From Vicinamibacterales bacterium (GTDB taxonomy: Bacteria > Acidobacteriota > Vicinamibacteria > Vicinamibacterales > CAVVIG01), in NCBI GenBank assembly GCA_035693505.1, contig DASSGK010000567.1, positions 4,734 through 68,733 of the forward strand: a stretch of DNA of 64,000 nt, written 5' to 3'. Positions 19,196 through 28,262 of the stretch are shown here, piece by piece. Below the pieces are notes generated by a model. It ran no database searches. It saw only the letters and a program-made list of their open reading frames with translations, and was not told the origin of the DNA. Position numbers and translations under genes: made by a program. The stretch's first letter is position 1, and the number at the start of each line of letters is the position of its first letter.

Positions 19196-19992
19196 GACCG
19201 CGGAGAGCTCCGGTAAGCGTGTTCGGCGTCGGAGTGCGAGGTGAGCGGCCGGACACCCGGCCGCAGATGCTGCTTCCGGATCACCAGTTCGTACCACAAG
19301 CGGAGCACGTCGACGCCGGTCTTGGCGATGCGGCGGAAGTTGAAGAACTGCGATTTGCCGAAGGCGCGGTGATAGTGGTGCACCGGAACTTCCACGATCC
19401 GGAAGCCCGCGTCCTCGATCTTCTTCATCAGTTCCAGGCAGATCACGCCGCTGGTCTTCTCGACATCGATCTTTTCGAAAATCGCGCGGCGCATCAGCCG
19501 GAAATCGCAGTCGACGTCGCGCACGGTCAATCCGAACATCACCTTGACGATGTGATGGTAGACGCGGCCGATGACGATGCGATGGAACGGATCGGACCGG
19601 CTGATCTTGTAGCCGTTGACCATGTCCGCGGTGGGCGACATCTTCGCCCAGAGCGCCGAGAGCTCCGCCGGGTCGTACTGAGCGTCGCCGTCGGTGTAGA
19701 AGATGAATTCCTTCGATGCGGATCGAAACCCCGTCTGAAGCGCTCCACCGTAGCCGCGATTCTTCGGGTGGTGGACGACGCGCACGTGCGGGTACGTGCG
19801 CGCGAGCTCGTCGAGGATCTCGGGCGTCGAGTCGGCGCTGCCGTCATTGACGACGATGACTTCGTAGTCCGACGTCAACTCCGACGCGGCCTGCACGGCG
19901 CGAATCACCATGCTCGCGATGGTGCCGCTGTCGTTGTACGCCGGGAAAAAGACGCTCAGACCCGCAGGTTTTTCAGCGGGAGCGGCTGACAT
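19192..19992 (-). CDS. glycosyltransferase family 2
   Basis: GT-A signature FFPAYNDSGTI...VIVVNDGSADST...YTDGDAQYD (DxD). Confidence 0.85.
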   Translation of the reverse strand: MSAAPAEKPAGLSVFFPAYNDSGTIASMVIRAVQAASELTSDYEVIVVNDGSADSTPEILDELARTYPHVRVVHHPKNRGYGGALQTGFRSASKEFIFYTDGDAQYDPAELSALWAKMSPTADMVNGYKISRSDPFHRIVIGRVYHHIVKVMFGLTVRDVDCDFRLMRRAIFEKIDVEKTSGVICLELMKKIEDAGFRIVEVPVHHYHRAFGKSQFFNFRRIAKTGVDVLRLWYELVIRKQHLRPGVRPLTSHSDAEHAYRSSPRS

Positions 19993-20026
19993 GTGAAAAG
20001 TCTCTAAACCATAGCACGAAAAGGGC

Positions 20027-20776
20027 TCAGCGGGCCGTGGGCCGCGCCGACTTTCGCGAGGCGATCAGGCGCCACGGCGTGATGGCCGATTCGAGGAGGA
20101 CGGCGTTCGACAGCTTCGATTCGCCGAGTCTCCGTTCGACGAACGTGATTGGCACCTCGGCGAACGTGAGCCCCGCGGCGGACGCCGCAAACAGCATCTC
20201 GACCAGGAAGGAATAGCCCTCGGAGCCGGTCTGATCGAGCGGCACCGACGCCAGCGCTTCGCGCCGCCAGCAGCGATAGCCGCTGGTGCAGTCGCGCGCG
20301 CTCAGGCGCGTGACCAGCCGGATGTAGCTGTTGGCGAACCGGCTGAGCAACCGCCGGCGCAAGGGCCAGTTCACGACCGCACCGCCGGGAATGTATCGGG
20401 ATCCGATGACCACGTCGGCGCGCTCGCTGGCCGCGATCAGATCGCGCAGGTGACGCGGGTCGTGCGACAGGTCGCAGTCCATCTGGCAGATCACATCGAC
20501 CGGGCGATTGAGCACGGAGCGGATGCCGTCGACGTAGGAACGGCCAAGGCCCGGGCGCTCGGTACGGTGCATCACGTCGACGCGTCCCGGGTATTTCCGC
20601 GCGAGGTCGTCCGCCAGCGCGCCGGTTCCGTCGGGCGACGCGTCGTCGACGACGAGCACGCTGACTTCGGGGTACGCCATGAGTGCGGTGACCAGCACCG
20701 GCAGGTTCTCACGCTCGTTGAACGTCGGCACGACCACGAGCGCCGTTCGCGCCGGCTTGTGCGCGTCCGCGGTCAT
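20027..20776 (-). CDS. polyprenol-monophosphomannose synthase (Ppm1/DPM1-like GT2)
   Basis: VVPTFNERENL...VLVVDDASPDGTG...MDCDLSHDP matches the DPM1/Ppm1 soluble catalytic-domain pattern. Confidence 0.75.
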   Translation of the reverse strand: MTADAHKPARTALVVVPTFNERENLPVLVTALMAYPEVSVLVVDDASPDGTGALADDLARKYPGRVDVMHRTERPGLGRSYVDGIRSVLNRPVDVICQMDCDLSHDPRHLRDLIAASERADVVIGSRYIPGGAVVNWPLRRRLLSRFANSYIRLVTRLSARDCTSGYRCWRREALASVPLDQTGSEGYSFLVEMLFAASAAGLTFAEVPITFVERRLGESKLSNAVLLESAITPWRLIASRKSARPTAR

Positions 20777-21645
20777 TGCCGGCGCCCTTCGACGCGAAGC
20801 GAGGAGATTTGCTCGGAGACGAGACCCACGAGCAGGATGACGACGCTCAGGAGAATCAGCAGCACCGACGAGTTCGTGACATGCGATTGCGTGGCGATCG
20901 TCCAGCCGGCGTAGGCCGCGCCCAGCAGGAACGCGGCGGCGCTGACCGGCGCAAAAATCCGCAGCGGGCTGAAGATCGTGATCACCTTCAGCAGGATCAG
21001 AAAGAAATTGAAGCCATCCGCACCGAGGCGGATCTTCGACACGCCTTCGCGCTGACCTGCGTCGATGGGCTCGAAGCGCACGCTGTATCCGGCACGCATG
21101 AACGCAAGCGTCGTCGTCGTCGGTGTGGAGAAACCGTTCGGCAGCAGATGGATGAACTCGAGAAGGTACTCACGCCGCGCCGCGCGGAAGCCGGAGGTTA
21201 AGTCTGGAATCGGCTGCTCGGTGAGATAGCTGGCGATGCCGTTCAGCGTAGCGTTGCCGAGCCTGCGCGCGAGCGTCGCCTGCGACTGGCCGGAGCGCGC
21301 GCCGACGACGAGATCGTAGGCGCCAAGATGCGCAACCAGACGCGCGGCGTCGGCTGGACGATGCTGACCGTCGGCGTCGGTGATCAGGATGAACACGCCG
21401 GCCGCATTCCGGATACCTGTCTTGACGGCCGCGCCGTTGCCTTTGTTGTACGGATGCCGGATGACGCGGGCGCCGGCCGCGGCCGCACGCGCTCCGGTCT
21501 CGTCCGTCGAACCATCGTCGACGACGAGAATCTCCTGCCAGCGTGCCGCGGACGAGAGATCGTTGACGACGCCAGCGATCGACACGGCTTCGTTGAAGGC
21601 GGGAATCACGACCGAGGTCTGCGCGGCGATTGGAGCCTCAGCCAT
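20773..21645 (-). CDS. GT2 polyprenyl-phosphate glycosyltransferase with C-terminal TM hairpin (ArnC/GtrB-like)
   Basis: VVIPAFNEAVSI...VVDDGSTDET...TDADGQH plus two C-terminal TM helices (FFLILLKVITIFSPL..., LLILLSVVILLVGLV). Confidence 0.8.
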   Translation of the reverse strand: MAEAPIAAQTSVVIPAFNEAVSIAGVVNDLSSAARWQEILVVDDGSTDETGARAAAAGARVIRHPYNKGNGAAVKTGIRNAAGVFILITDADGQHRPADAARLVAHLGAYDLVVGARSGQSQATLARRLGNATLNGIASYLTEQPIPDLTSGFRAARREYLLEFIHLLPNGFSTPTTTTLAFMRAGYSVRFEPIDAGQREGVSKIRLGADGFNFFLILLKVITIFSPLRIFAPVSAAAFLLGAAYAGWTIATQSHVTNSSVLLILLSVVILLVGLVSEQISSLRVEGRRQ

Positions 21646-21649
21646 GCGA

Positions 21650-22690
21650 TCAACCTTCAGCCATCAGGCGATCGACCACGCCATCCCAGGTGATTGCCGA
21701 GGCCCGCTCGTAGCCAGCTTCACCGAGTGAGGCCGCCACACGCGGATTGGCGGAGAGTCGAGCGATCGCTGATCCGAGCGCCTCGGGCGTCGGATCGCAC
21801 ACCAGTCCGGTCACCCCTTCCTCGACGAACTCGAGAGGGCCGCCGGCATCGGTCGTCGTGATCACCGCCTTGCGGGCCAGGAATGCCTCCAGGGTGACGT
21901 AGCCGTAGTCCTCGTCGAACGGTGGAAACACGACAGCGAGCGCTCCTGCGTAAAGGTCGATCAGCTGCTGCTCCGACACGCTGCCGGTGAATGCCACTCG
22001 ATCGGCGACCCGCAGCTCCTCCGCCGTTTGCTCGAGCTGTCCGCGCAGCGGCCCTTCTCCCGCGACCACCAGACGCGTGCGAGGACCGGCGTGGACGAGC
22101 GCGCGCACGATCAGGTCCACTCGTTTGTTCGCCTCGAGCCGTCCCACCGACAGCACGTAGTCGCCCGTCGCGCCGGCCTTCAACTTTCCGGCAAGCGGTG
22201 GAGGATGGTACAGCGGTTCGGCTGTGAGTCCGTTGTAGCGCGAAAGCCGCTCGGCGGTATTGCGCGCATTCGAGAACAGGCGCCTCGATTCGCCGAGTAC
22301 CTCGTTGTCGAGCTCCATCAACCGTGCGCGCAGACGCACGTCAGCCTCGGTGTGCGCGAACTCGCTGTACGGCGTCCCGAACAGGTCGTAGATGGCCCGG
22401 TACTGATGGAACAACCACGTGACCTTGCGCGGATGGCGCACGAAGTAGGTCGGAAACTTCGTCGCGATGACGGTGTCGATCCGTTCGCCGTTCGATTCCG
22501 ACAGATCGACCAGCCGCCAGGCCGCGGCCTGCGCGAGCAGCTCGGTCTTGGGATACCACTTGAACGGAACGGACACCTTTTCCGCCCGGTACCCGCGTCG
22601 CGTGAGCTCGGCGACGAGACCTCGTACGTGCAACTCAGCGCCGCCATGGACGAACGGCACGTGCGCCTCGCACACGAGCACCGACTTCAT
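21650..22690 (-). CDS. glycosyltransferase family 4 (GT-B)
   Basis: 346 aa. N-terminal HGGAELHVRGL and a C-terminal EDYGYVTLEAFLARKAVITT EX7E-like motif. Confidence 0.8.
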   Translation of the reverse strand: MKSVLVCEAHVPFVHGGAELHVRGLVAELTRRGYRAEKVSVPFKWYPKTELLAQAAAWRLVDLSESNGERIDTVIATKFPTYFVRHPRKVTWLFHQYRAIYDLFGTPYSEFAHTEADVRLRARLMELDNEVLGESRRLFSNARNTAERLSRYNGLTAEPLYHPPPLAGKLKAGATGDYVLSVGRLEANKRVDLIVRALVHAGPRTRLVVAGEGPLRGQLEQTAEELRVADRVAFTGSVSEQQLIDLYAGALAVVFPPFDEDYGYVTLEAFLARKAVITTTDAGGPLEFVEEGVTGLVCDPTPEALGSAIARLSANPRVAASLGEAGYERASAITWDGVVDRLMAEG

Positions 22691-22922
22691 GCGTAAGTGG
22701 TCGGCTGGAACCGGGCGGGTGCGGCGAAGGCCGCGATGCCGAAGCGGGCTGATCCCAGCATTGTGAAGCCCTCATCGTATACCGCCTACGCGGAACGGAC
22801 CCGAATCGCGAGCTGTGGCCTTGCGTCTGGGGTGGGATCGATGGCGTACCCAACCGGTTGTAGGACTGGGCGATTAAAAGGCGAAAATTTGGCGTAACTT
22901 ACTGAGTGGCTGGATTTTGCGG

Positions 22923-22951
22923 TTGACAGGCACGTGGCCGTCCCTTAGTAT
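22923..22951 (+). promoter_or_regulatory. sigma70-type promoter of the dcw cluster (Pmra)
   Basis: TTGACA (22923-22928), a 17-nt spacer, then TAGTAT (22946-22951), about 50 nt upstream of the mraZ GTG. Confidence 0.65.
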
Positions 22952-22955
22952 CTCC

Positions 22956-22980
22956 GTGGAAATTTGTGGAGAAAAGTGGG
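22956..22980 (+). promoter_or_regulatory. MraZ operator: three direct GTGGR repeats with a 10-bp period
   Basis: GTGGA at 22956, GTGGA at 22966 and GTGGG at 22976, immediately downstream of the -10 element. The architecture matches the described E. coli MraZ site. Confidence 0.7.
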
Positions 22981-22999
22981 TCGATTCTGAGGGTTCGGT

Positions 23000-23440
23000 G
23001 TGTTTAGAGGGCACGAACAGGCACGCATAGATGATAAGGGCAGACTCAAGGTTCCGAACGTTTTTCGTTCGCTCCTCGAGAGCAAGTACGGCCGCGAGCT
23101 GTTCCTCACCAGCCTCACGGGCGAATACGTGCGCCTGTACCCGATGCCGGTCTGGCTCGACATCGAAGAGAAGCTCGGAAAAATGCCGTCGACCCATCCC
23201 TCCCGACTCCGGTTTCTCGATCGCGTGAACTTCTACGGGCAGGCCGTGGAGCTGGACACGCAGGGACGCGTGCTGATCCCCGCGCGCTTGCGCGAAACGG
23301 CCGCGATCGCCGGCGACGTCGACGTGCTCGGCCAGTACAACTACCTCGACACCTGGAACCACGATCGCCTGCAGGCCAGGCTCCAGCGCGATCCTTTCAC
23401 CGACGACGACGCGAAGGCGCTGTCGGAGTTCGGGATCTGA
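23000..23440 (+). CDS. mraZ: transcriptional regulator MraZ
   Basis: MFRGHEQARIDDKGRLKVP and a second SpoVT/AbrB-like repeat (LDTQGRVLIPARLR). GTG start with GAGGG 6 nt upstream. Confidence 0.95.
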   Translation: MFRGHEQARIDDKGRLKVPNVFRSLLESKYGRELFLTSLTGEYVRLYPMPVWLDIEEKLGKMPSTHPSRLRFLDRVNFYGQAVELDTQGRVLIPARLRETAAIAGDVDVLGQYNYLDTWNHDRLQARLQRDPFTDDDAKALSEFGI

Positions 23441-24324
23441 TGACGCACGTTCCTGTCATGACCGCCGAGGTCCTCCAGCATCTTCGGCCCGAACAGGGCG
23501 GGCTCTTCGTCGATTGTACCGTCGGCCTCGGCGGGCACACGCGCGCGCTGCTCGAAGCTGGCGCCTCTCGCGTCATTGGTTTCGACCGCGACCCGGATGC
23601 GCTCGCACGCGCCCGCGAAACCCTCGCGCCGTGGAACGACCGCGTCGAGCTCGTGCACGCCGACTACCGCGACATCGACGAAGTGCTCGACAGCCGCCGG
23701 ATCGCCCGTGTCGACGGCGCGCTCGCCGATCTTGGCGTCTCGTCGATGCAATTCGACGCGCCGGGCCGCGGCTTCAGCTTTCAGCGCGACGAGCCCCTCG
23801 ACATGCGGATGGACCGCACGACTCACGAGACCGCCGCGGATCTCGTCTCACAGTCGAGCGAGGAGGACTTGGCCAACGCGATCTTTCAGTACGGCGAGGA
23901 GCGTTTCTCGCGCCGCATCGCGCGCGCCCTCGTGGAGGCGCGCCGCGAGGCGCCCGTCGACACGACGGGGCGTCTCGCGACGATCGTGCGGCGAGCCATT
24001 CCGCACCGGGGCAGACACGTACGCATCGATCCCGCGACCAGGACGTTCCAGGCGCTGCGCATCTGGGTCAACCGTGAGCTCGACGGCCTCGATCGCTTCG
24101 TCGAAGCGGCGGCTCGCCGTCTGCGCGCCGGCGCACGACTCGTCGTGATCACGTTTCACTCGCTCGAAGACCGTATCGTCAAACACACATTGCGCGCCCT
24201 GCAGCAGCGCGACCAGCTGGTGCAGGTGCTGACGAAGAAGCCGCTGGTGCCGACCGGCGGCGAGGTGGACCGCAATCCCAGAGCCCGGAGCGCCAAGCTC
24301 CGCGCGGCGGAAAGGTTGGCCTGA
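23440..24324 (+). CDS. rsmH: 16S rRNA (cytosine1402-N4)-methyltransferase
   Basis: HVPVM, DCTVGLGGH, DLGVSSMQFD and FHSLEDRIVK motifs. Second gene of the dcw cluster. Confidence 0.95.
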   Translation: MTHVPVMTAEVLQHLRPEQGGLFVDCTVGLGGHTRALLEAGASRVIGFDRDPDALARARETLAPWNDRVELVHADYRDIDEVLDSRRIARVDGALADLGVSSMQFDAPGRGFSFQRDEPLDMRMDRTTHETAADLVSQSSEEDLANAIFQYGEERFSRRIARALVEARREAPVDTTGRLATIVRRAIPHRGRHVRIDPATRTFQALRIWVNRELDGLDRFVEAAARRLRAGARLVVITFHSLEDRIVKHTLRALQQRDQLVQVLTKKPLVPTGGEVDRNPRARSAKLRAAERLA

Positions 24325-24710
24325 TGGAAGCATTCGAGTACGCCATCAAAAAAGACGTCCGCAACAACCCGATCGTCCGCGAGGTGGACGACCAGCGTCA
24401 GCGCGAGCTCTGGCAATCGATCGGCGTCGCCGGGTTCCTCGTCCTCGTCCTGCTCGTCTCGGCCTGGCAGCACTTCGAGCTACTCCGTCACGGCTACCAG
24501 GTCGAGGAACTGCAGCGGCAGCGCGCGGCCGAGGAAGACGTCGCACGCCGGCTGCGCCTCGAGATCGACACGCTGAAATCGCCGAAGCGCATCGAATCGC
24601 TCGCCACCGGCCAGCTGCACCTCGTCGTCCCATCGCGCGACGAGGCCATCGTCATCGAACGCGTCGTTCCGTCGGAGCCGCCGGCGACGTCTGTGGTCGC
24701 GCGCCGGTAA
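24324..24710 (+). CDS. ftsL: cell division protein FtsL
   Basis: 128 aa with a single TM segment (IGVAGFLVLVLLVSAW) followed by a coiled coil. It sits in the conserved position between rsmH and ftsI. Confidence 0.8.
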   Translation: MEAFEYAIKKDVRNNPIVREVDDQRQRELWQSIGVAGFLVLVLLVSAWQHFELLRHGYQVEELQRQRAAEEDVARRLRLEIDTLKSPKRIESLATGQLHLVVPSRDEAIVIERVVPSEPPATSVVARR

Positions 24711-24717
24711 GAGAGAC

Positions 24718-26748
24718 ATGACGTCGCCCGTGACCGCCGCAACACACGACTGGCGTCCGATCCTGAAGCGCCGCGTCGCGTTCGTGTCGGTGCTGATCGG
24801 CCTCTGGGTCGCGGGGATCGAAGCCAGGCTGGTCTACCTGCAGGTGTACGATCGCGCCGACCTTGCCGCCCGCGCGGAACGGCAGCAGGAACGGACGCCC
24901 CCCTCCCCGGCACGGAGGGGCGACATCCTCGATCGACGCGGGCGCGTGCTGGCGACGAGCGTCGACGCGGACACCATCTACGCCGTTCCAACAGAAATCA
25001 GCAACCCGGCAGACGTCTCGAAAAAGATCTGCGACGCGCTGGGTGATTGCGACGCGAAGGATCGTCAATCAATCACGGAGAAGCTGGGCCAGAAGCGCGC
25101 GTTCGCGTACGTCAGACGCCAGGTCGCGCCCGACCAGGCGGAGCGCGTCGCGGCACTGAATCTCGACGGCATCGGCTTCATCAAGGAAAGCAAGCGCTTC
25201 TATCCGAACAAGGAACTCGCGTCGCACCTCCTTGGCTGGGTCGGCGTCGACAACACCGGCCTCAGCGGCCTCGAGCACACCTACGATCCGCAGATCCGCG
25301 GCAAGGCCGGCACGATCCTGGTGCACACCGACGCGCGCCACAAGGCGTTCAGCCGGTCCGAGCGGCCGCCGACGACCGGCTCGAGCATCGAATTGACGAT
25401 CGACGAGAACCTGCAGCACATCGCCGAGCGCGAGCTCCACGCGGGCGTGCTCGAGAATCGCGCCGCCGGCGGCACGGCCATCATCATGAATCCGCACACC
25501 GGCGAGATTCTCGCGATGGCGAACGAGCCGACGTTCAACCCAAATGCGTTCCGCGATTTCGGCGATGACGACCGCCGCAACCGCGCGGTGCAGGATCTGT
25601 ACGAACCCGGATCGACGTTCAAGGTCGTGACCGCGTCGGCGGCCATCGAAGAGAAGCTGATGCCGATCGATACGATCATCGACGTCAGCGGCGGGCAGAT
25701 TCGTGTGGACAAGGGCCGGATCGTCCACGACACGCACAACTACGGCGCGCTGTCCTTCACCGACGTCATCGTCAAATCGAGCAACGTCGGCGCGATCAAA
25801 ATCGGATTTAAGCTGGGCAAGGAGCGCCTGAGCGAGTACGTCGCGCGGTACGGCTTCGGCCACACGGTGTCGCCCGACTTTCCCAGCGAGAGTCCGGGCA
25901 TCGTCTGGCGCCAGGACAAATGGACCGACAGCGCGCTGGCCTCCGTGTCGATGGGCTATCAGGTCGGCGTGACGCCGCTCCAGATGCTTGCCGCCGTCAG
26001 CTCCGTCGCCAACGGCGGACAGTACGTCGAGCCGCGGGTGATCCGCGCGGTCTACAAGGACAACCGGCGCTATGCGGTCCAGCCGAAGATCGTGCGGCGG
26101 ACGATCAGCGCCGACACTGCGGCCACCATGACGGGGATCATGGAAGGCGTCGTCGAGCGCGGCACCGCGAAGGCGGCGCAGATTCCCGGCTACACGATCG
26201 CCGGCAAGACGGGCACCGCCGCAAAGCTGGTGAACGGCCACTACTCCACGACGAACTGGAACGCGTCGTTTGTCGGGTTCCTGCCGTCGCGCGATCCAGC
26301 CGTCGCCATCATCGTCGTTACCGATTCGCCGCACACGAAGGGACATACCGGCGGCGTTGTGTCGGCACCCGTCTTCAAGAAGATTGCCGAGGAGACGCTG
26401 CGTTACCTCGGCATCGGCCCGACGATCAATCCCTCGTCGCCGGTGCTCGTAGCGCGCAGAGACGACTCGGGCGAACACGCGACCGCGGAGAGCGAGCGCG
26501 AGGCCTCGCCCGTGGTCAGCCTCGTTGCTGACGGACCGCCCGGCACAGTGCCGGATCTGACCGGCCTGAGCGCGCGCGACGCGGTTCGACGGCTCGTAAA
26601 GCTCGGCATGAGCGCACGCGTGACCGGCGACGGATTCGTCGTGTCGCAGACACCCTCGGCCGGTTCACCGATCGACGGTGATGCCGTCTGCAAACTGGTC
26701 CTGGAACGCTGGCCCACACGGCACGCCGCCGCTGCGAACCATCCATGA
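24718..26748 (+). CDS. ftsI: penicillin-binding protein 3-type transpeptidase (FtsI) with C-terminal PASTA domain
   Basis: STFK, SSN and KTGT motifs, plus a C-terminal PDLTGLSARDAVRRLVKLGMSARVTGDGFVVSQTPSAG PASTA-like module. Confidence 0.9.
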   Translation: MTSPVTAATHDWRPILKRRVAFVSVLIGLWVAGIEARLVYLQVYDRADLAARAERQQERTPPSPARRGDILDRRGRVLATSVDADTIYAVPTEISNPADVSKKICDALGDCDAKDRQSITEKLGQKRAFAYVRRQVAPDQAERVAALNLDGIGFIKESKRFYPNKELASHLLGWVGVDNTGLSGLEHTYDPQIRGKAGTILVHTDARHKAFSRSERPPTTGSSIELTIDENLQHIAERELHAGVLENRAAGGTAIIMNPHTGEILAMANEPTFNPNAFRDFGDDDRRNRAVQDLYEPGSTFKVVTASAAIEEKLMPIDTIIDVSGGQIRVDKGRIVHDTHNYGALSFTDVIVKSSNVGAIKIGFKLGKERLSEYVARYGFGHTVSPDFPSESPGIVWRQDKWTDSALASVSMGYQVGVTPLQMLAAVSSVANGGQYVEPRVIRAVYKDNRRYAVQPKIVRRTISADTAATMTGIMEGVVERGTAKAAQIPGYTIAGKTGTAAKLVNGHYSTTNWNASFVGFLPSRDPAVAIIVVTDSPHTKGHTGGVVSAPVFKKIAEETLRYLGIGPTINPSSPVLVARRDDSGEHATAESEREASPVVSLVADGPPGTVPDLTGLSARDAVRRLVKLGMSARVTGDGFVVSQTPSAGSPIDGDAVCKLVLERWPTRHAAAANHP

Positions 26749-28262
26749 CCTGGGCCGAGCTTCACGGTGTGCTCCGCGAATGCGGACTCGTCCCCGCGGG
26801 GGACGCGCCGCGAGGCGAGGCCGGTGCCCGCGCCGTGACCGGCGTCGCCTACGATTCGCGCGCGGTTGCTCCCGGGTATGTCTTCGTCGCGCTCAAGGGA
26901 CAGCACGCCGATGGCACGGCGTTCGTCAGGCAGGCGATCGATCTTGGCGCCGCAGCGATCGTGTCTGAACAGGCGCCGTCAGGCGACGTCGAGGCGCCGT
27001 GGGCGATCGTGAAAGACGCGCGTCTTGCGCTCGCGCAACTCGCCGTCGCGTTCTACGGCAACCCGAGCCGCGAGATGCGGGTGATCGGGATCACCGGCAC
27101 GAACGGCAAGACGACGACGGCATATCTGGTCGCTGCGATTTTCGATGCCGCAGGCATCCGGTGCGGAATCCTCGGCACGGTCGGTTATCGGATCGGCGAC
27201 GAAGTGCGCGAATCGACGAGGACGACGCCTGAAGCGCCGGACGTGCAGGCGCTGCTGCGCGAGATGGTCGATCGACGCTGCGGTGCGTGCGCGATGGAAG
27301 TGTCGTCGCACGCCCTGTCGCTGCACCGCGTCAGCGGCATCACCTTCGCGGCGGGCGTCTTCACGAACCTCACGCGCGATCACCTCGACTTCCATGCCGA
27401 CATGGACGACTACTTCCGCGCGAAGCGCCGGCTGTTCGAGATGCTGCCGCGCGACGCACCGAGCCTGATCAACCTCGACGATCCGCGCGGCGCCAGCCTG
27501 CTCGAAGCTGGCGGCCGGCCGACGACGTACGCGATTCACCGGGCCGCGGACGTCATGCCGGGACCGCTCTCGTTCTCACTCGGGGGCTTGTCGTTCGATG
27601 TTCGAACGCCGCGCGGGCCGCTGCGGGTTGTGTCGAAGCTCGTGGGTCGACCCAACGTCTACAACATTCTCGCGGCTGTCTCGGTGGCCAACGCGCTCGA
27701 CATTCCGCTGGACGCGATTGAGCGGGGACTCCGATCGCTCGAGGGCGTCCCGGGCCGGTTTCAGGTCGTCTCCGACACCAAGGACGAAGTCACCGTCGTC
27801 GTCGACTACGCGCATACCGATGACGCCCTTCGCAATCTGCTCGAGACCGCACGGCCACTGGCGCACGGGCGGCTCATTACGGTGTTCGGGTGCGGCGGCG
27901 ATCGCGACCGGACGAAGCGTCCGTTGATGGGCGCCGTCGCAGGGCGCCTGAGCGACCTCATCGTGATCACGTCGGACAACCCCCGCAGCGAGGATCCGAA
28001 CCGGATCATCGAGGAAATCCGCCGCGGGATCACGCCGGACACCCGGAGGGACAGCTCGCAGGGCGTGCTGACGATCGTCGACCGGCGCGCGGCGATTGCC
28101 AAAGCGATCGAGGTCGCCGGTTCCGGCGACGTCGTGCTCGTCGCCGGCAAGGGACACGAGAAGTACCAGGTGATCGGCGATCGCACGCTGCCATTCGACG
28201 ACGTTGCGGTCGCGCGTGAGGCGTTGGCGCGGCGGCGGACCAAGCCGAGCGTCGCGAAATGA
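26745..28262 (+). CDS. murE: UDP-N-acetylmuramoyl-L-alanyl-D-glutamate--2,6-diaminopimelate ligase
   Basis: GITGTNGKTTT P-loop, a DNPR motif (meso-DAP type), and dcw position. Confidence 0.95.
   Translation: MTWAELHGVLRECGLVPAGDAPRGEAGARAVTGVAYDSRAVAPGYVFVALKGQHADGTAFVRQAIDLGAAAIVSEQAPSGDVEAPWAIVKDARLALAQLAVAFYGNPSREMRVIGITGTNGKTTTAYLVAAIFDAAGIRCGILGTVGYRIGDEVRESTRTTPEAPDVQALLREMVDRRCGACAMEVSSHALSLHRVSGITFAAGVFTNLTRDHLDFHADMDDYFRAKRRLFEMLPRDAPSLINLDDPRGASLLEAGGRPTTYAIHRAADVMPGPLSFSLGGLSFDVRTPRGPLRVVSKLVGRPNVYNILAAVSVANALDIPLDAIERGLRSLEGVPGRFQVVSDTKDEVTVVVDYAHTDDALRNLLETARPLAHGRLITVFGCGGDRDRTKRPLMGAVAGRLSDLIVITSDNPRSEDPNRIIEEIRRGITPDTRRDSSQGVLTIVDRRAAIAKAIEVAGSGDVVLVAGKGHEKYQVIGDRTLPFDDVAVAREALARRRTKPSVAK

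Noticed and set aside
22691-22922. Small ORFs (22697-22897 plus strand, 22635-22853 minus strand) in the gap between the divergent GT4 operon and mraZ
   Set aside because: They have no coding-type third-position bias that I could see, no motifs, and they overlap each other. The region is more plausibly the shared promoter/regulatory region of the two divergent operons.
22988-22993. Fourth MraZ box (TGAGGG)
   Set aside because: Its spacing from the third box is 12-13 nt rather than 10. Its position 6 nt upstream of the mraZ GTG fits a Shine-Dalgarno sequence better.
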